In this document: in pieces, positions 59,530 through 61,696 of the stretch | Numbering within the stretch: the first letter of the stretch is position 1 | How the letters are laid out: each line of letters starts with the position of its first letter | NCBI GenBank assembly: GCA_946413985.1 | Contig: CAMKMS010000003.1 | Span: 1 to 61,696, forward strand | Length of the DNA: 61,696 bases | Direction: 5' to 3' | DNA from: an uncultured Mycoplasmatota bacterium | GTDB taxonomy: Bacteria > Bacillota_I > Bacilli_A > RF39 > UBA660 | Notes under the pieces: model-generated | The model's database searches: none | The model's input: only the letters and a program-made list of their open reading frames with translations | Told to the model about the DNA's origin: nothing | Made by a program: the position numbers and the translations under genes

Positions 59530-60179
59530 TGAATTTAATTTTAATTGCGGCACCAGCAGCTGGTAAAGGAACATTAGCAAGTGCTTTAAATGAAAAGTAT
59601 AATCTTGTATGTATCAGCGCAGGTGAACTTTTAAGGGGTGTTGATCCTAATACAGAATTAGGACGTGAAATTAGAGATATTCAGTCACGTAGAGAACTAG
59701 TTGATGATAGAATAACTAATGCTTTAATGAAAGAAAGACTTATGAAGGATGATATTAAGAATGGATTCATTCTTGATGGATATCCAAGACGTATGGCACA
59801 AGTATTAGCAGTTAATGATATGTGTGAAGAATTAAATTTACATATTGATTATGCAATAGTATTAAACGTTAGTTATGATGTAGCATTAAAAAGAACTTTA
59901 GGAAGAGAGATTTGTCCAGTTTGTAAAAAGACATATAATAAATTAACTGGTGTTAATGCACCAAAAGTTGATGGTATGTGTGATGATTGTAATGTTGCTT
60001 TAACTAGAAGAAATGATGATAATGAAGAGACATTCAAGGCAGGATATAAAACATTTAATGAAAATTGTCCTGCAGTAATTGAATACTACAGAAATAAGGG
60101 AATTTTAGTTGAAGTAAATGCAGAAGGAAGTCCAGAAGAAACAATGGAACAAATTGAAAGAATTATAGGAAGTAAATAA
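59529..60179 (+). CDS. adk: Adenylate kinase (zinc-lid type)
   Basis: P-loop APAAGKGT, GFILDGYPR, and lid CPVC...CDDC. Confidence 0.94.
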   Translation: MNLILIAAPAAGKGTLASALNEKYNLVCISAGELLRGVDPNTELGREIRDIQSRRELVDDRITNALMKERLMKDDIKNGFILDGYPRRMAQVLAVNDMCEELNLHIDYAIVLNVSYDVALKRTLGREICPVCKKTYNKLTGVNAPKVDGMCDDCNVALTRRNDDNEETFKAGYKTFNENCPAVIEYYRNKGILVEVNAEGSPEETMEQIERIIGSK

Positions 60180-60928
60180 TGATTAGTATTAAAAATGAAC
60201 AAGAAATAAAGTATATGAGGGAAGCTGGAATAATAGCATATGATCTTCTTATGAGTTTAAAAAACATTATTAAACCAGGTATTACAACAAAAGAAATTGA
60301 TGAATATTGTTATAAGTTTATCAAAAAGCGTAAAGCTAAACCTGCATTTCTTGGATATGATGGATTCCCTGCTACTGCGTGTATTAGTTTAAATGATATG
60401 GTAGTACATGGAATCCCAGATAATACTAAACTAAAAGATGGTGATATTGTTACAGTAGATACTGGAGCAATAGTAAATGGTTATTATTCTGATACTGCAT
60501 ATACTTATATAGTAGGTCATGTAGATAAAAAGACTGAAGAGTTTGTTAATAATACTAGAAAAGCCTTATATAAAGGACTTTCTGTAATTAAAGAAGGAAT
60601 TAAACTAAACGAGGTTTGCAAGGCTATAGAAAGCGTTGCAAGAGAAAATGGATATGGTGTGTTTGAAGTTTTAACTGGTCATGGAGTAGGAAGCGATATG
60701 CATGAAGATCCATTTATTCCTAACTATGCTAATCATGAGAGTGAAGGAATTATTCTAAAAAGTGGAATGACTCTTGCAATTGAACCAATGTTTAGTTTAG
60801 GAACAAAAGAAGTTTGGCTTATGCCAGACGAGTGGGGAATAGTTACCAGAGATGGCAGCTTAACAGCCCACTTTGAACATACTATTCTTGTAACTAAAGA
60901 TGGTTATGAGATATTAACGGGAGAGTGA
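60179..60928 (+). CDS. map: Type I methionine aminopeptidase
   Basis: VVHGIP, DTGA and GHGVG motifs, and EHT near the C-terminus. Confidence 0.95.
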   Translation: MISIKNEQEIKYMREAGIIAYDLLMSLKNIIKPGITTKEIDEYCYKFIKKRKAKPAFLGYDGFPATACISLNDMVVHGIPDNTKLKDGDIVTVDTGAIVNGYYSDTAYTYIVGHVDKKTEEFVNNTRKALYKGLSVIKEGIKLNEVCKAIESVARENGYGVFEVLTGHGVGSDMHEDPFIPNYANHESEGIILKSGMTLAIEPMFSLGTKEVWLMPDEWGIVTRDGSLTAHFEHTILVTKDGYEILTGE

Positions 60929-60933
60929 TCAAA

Positions 60934-61155
60934 ATGGCCAAAGAAAAAGACGGTTATATTGAGCTTGAAGGTAAGGTACTTGAAGTTATACCTGGAGGAG
61001 ACTTTAAGGTACAACTAGATAATGGGCACGTACTTGTTGCTCGTGTTTCTGGAAAAATGCGCTTAAACATGATTCGTATTTACCCAGGTGATAAAGTGCT
61101 TATGGAAGTACCTATATGTGATTTAACACACGGGCGTATAATATATAGAAAATAA
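60934..61155 (+). CDS. infA: Translation initiation factor IF-1
   Basis: [18 protein letters not shown]...SGKMR.N.IRI.PGDKV...GRIIYR. ATG 60934 is the canonical start. Confidence 0.95.
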   Translation: MAKEKDGYIELEGKVLEVIPGGDFKVQLDNGHVLVARVSGKMRLNMIRIYPGDKVLMEVPICDLTHGRIIYRK

Positions 61156-61168
61156 TGGAGGTATTAAA

Positions 61169-61282
61169 ATGAAAGTAAGACCATCAGTAAAGAAAATTTG
61201 CGATAAATGCAAAATAATTAAAAGAAACGGAAAAGTTTGTGTAATTTGTGAAAATCCAAAACATAAACAAAGACAAGGCTAA
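61169..61282 (+). CDS. rpmJ: 50S ribosomal protein L36
   Basis: Absent from the ORF track because it is under 60 aa. [37 protein letters not shown], with a GGAGG RBS upstream. Confidence 0.95.
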   Translation: MKVRPSVKKICDKCKIIKRNGKVCVICENPKHKQRQG

Positions 61283-61296
61283 TTTAGGAGGAAAAT

Positions 61297-61662
61297 ATGG
61301 CACGTATTAAAAATATTGACTTACCAAAAAATAAAAGAATAGTTGTAGCACTTACTTATATTTATGGAATTGGTCCTACAAGAGCACATGAAATCTGTAC
61401 TAATGCTAAAGTATCAGAAGATACAAGAACTGATGCATTAACTGTTGAAGAAATCAATAGATTAAGAAGTGAAGCAGATAAATATGTTTTAGTTGGAGAC
61501 TTAAAAAGAGAAGTTGAGATGAATATCAAGACTAAAATGGAAATTAATTCTTATCAAGGAACAAGACATAAAAAAGGCTTACCTGTAAGAGGACAACATA
61601 CTAGTAGAAATGCTAGAACTCGTAAAGGTAAAGGTAAGACTATTGCTAATAAGAAGAAATAG
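61297..61662 (+). CDS. rpsM: 30S ribosomal protein S13
   Basis: [13 protein letters not shown]...ALTYIYGIG...RGQHT. Confidence 0.97.
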   Translation: MARIKNIDLPKNKRIVVALTYIYGIGPTRAHEICTNAKVSEDTRTDALTVEEINRLRSEADKYVLVGDLKREVEMNIKTKMEINSYQGTRHKKGLPVRGQHTSRNARTRKGKGKTIANKKK

Positions 61663-61674
61663 GAGGGATAACTT

Positions 61675-61696
61675 ATGGCTTATAATAGAAGAAAAA
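61675..61696 (+). CDS. rpsK: 30S ribosomal protein S11, 5' end only (truncated by the window)
   Basis: AGGAGGG RBS, then ATG 61675 (MAYNRRK...). Position after rpsM fits the alpha operon. Only 7 codons are visible. Confidence 0.6.

Noticed and set aside
1-61696. Searched by eye for CRISPR arrays, tRNA/rRNA genes, transposases, integrases and IS inverted repeats
   Set aside because: None were recognised. The only repeats are the Fn3 paralog modules, the intragenic duplication, the 27-bp rplX duplication and the terminator hairpins. A tRNAscan/Infernal run would be needed to exclude small RNAs formally.

Overview
AT-rich, low-GC Firmicutes-type chromosomal window; Spo0A, CotH and a CwlJ/SleB-like hydrolase point to an endospore-former lineage (Clostridia/Erysipelotrichia-like). 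I cannot assign a species by eye. The window has three parts. (1) 1-19.8 kb is an accessory cell-envelope region. It holds two paralogous giant secreted proteins that share a four-domain Fn3 C-terminal module, plus a decayed remnant of a third copy. It also holds orphan genes, an amidase-LysM, an LtaS-like enzyme, a GT2/DUF2304/GtrA-fusion glycosylation operon, a processive GT2 synthase and a CwlJ-like hydrolase. (2) 19.8-49.2 kb is mixed housekeeping: PMM/PGM, a MurF-like ligase with a membrane N-terminus, Ddl, a sirtuin, a ZIP transporter, RluA, PBP1A-sortase B, DAG kinase, a CaCA exchanger, pgk, spo0A and gpmI. Embedded in it is a tightly coupled six-gene operon: CotH, VTC, DUF4956, a duplicated-domain membrane protein, a NAGPA-like phosphodiesterase and an acyltransferase_3. 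I consider this operon the best candidate for an undescribed surface-modification system. (3) 49.2-61.7 kb is the canonical S10-spc-alpha ribosomal operon, rpsJ through the rpsK start, with secY-adk-map-infA-rpmJ. It lacks rpmD and carries unusual low-complexity tails on L3 and L24. I saw no tRNA, rRNA, CRISPR array, transposase or integrase. All family calls come from motif recognition by eye and need HMM or BLAST confirmation.
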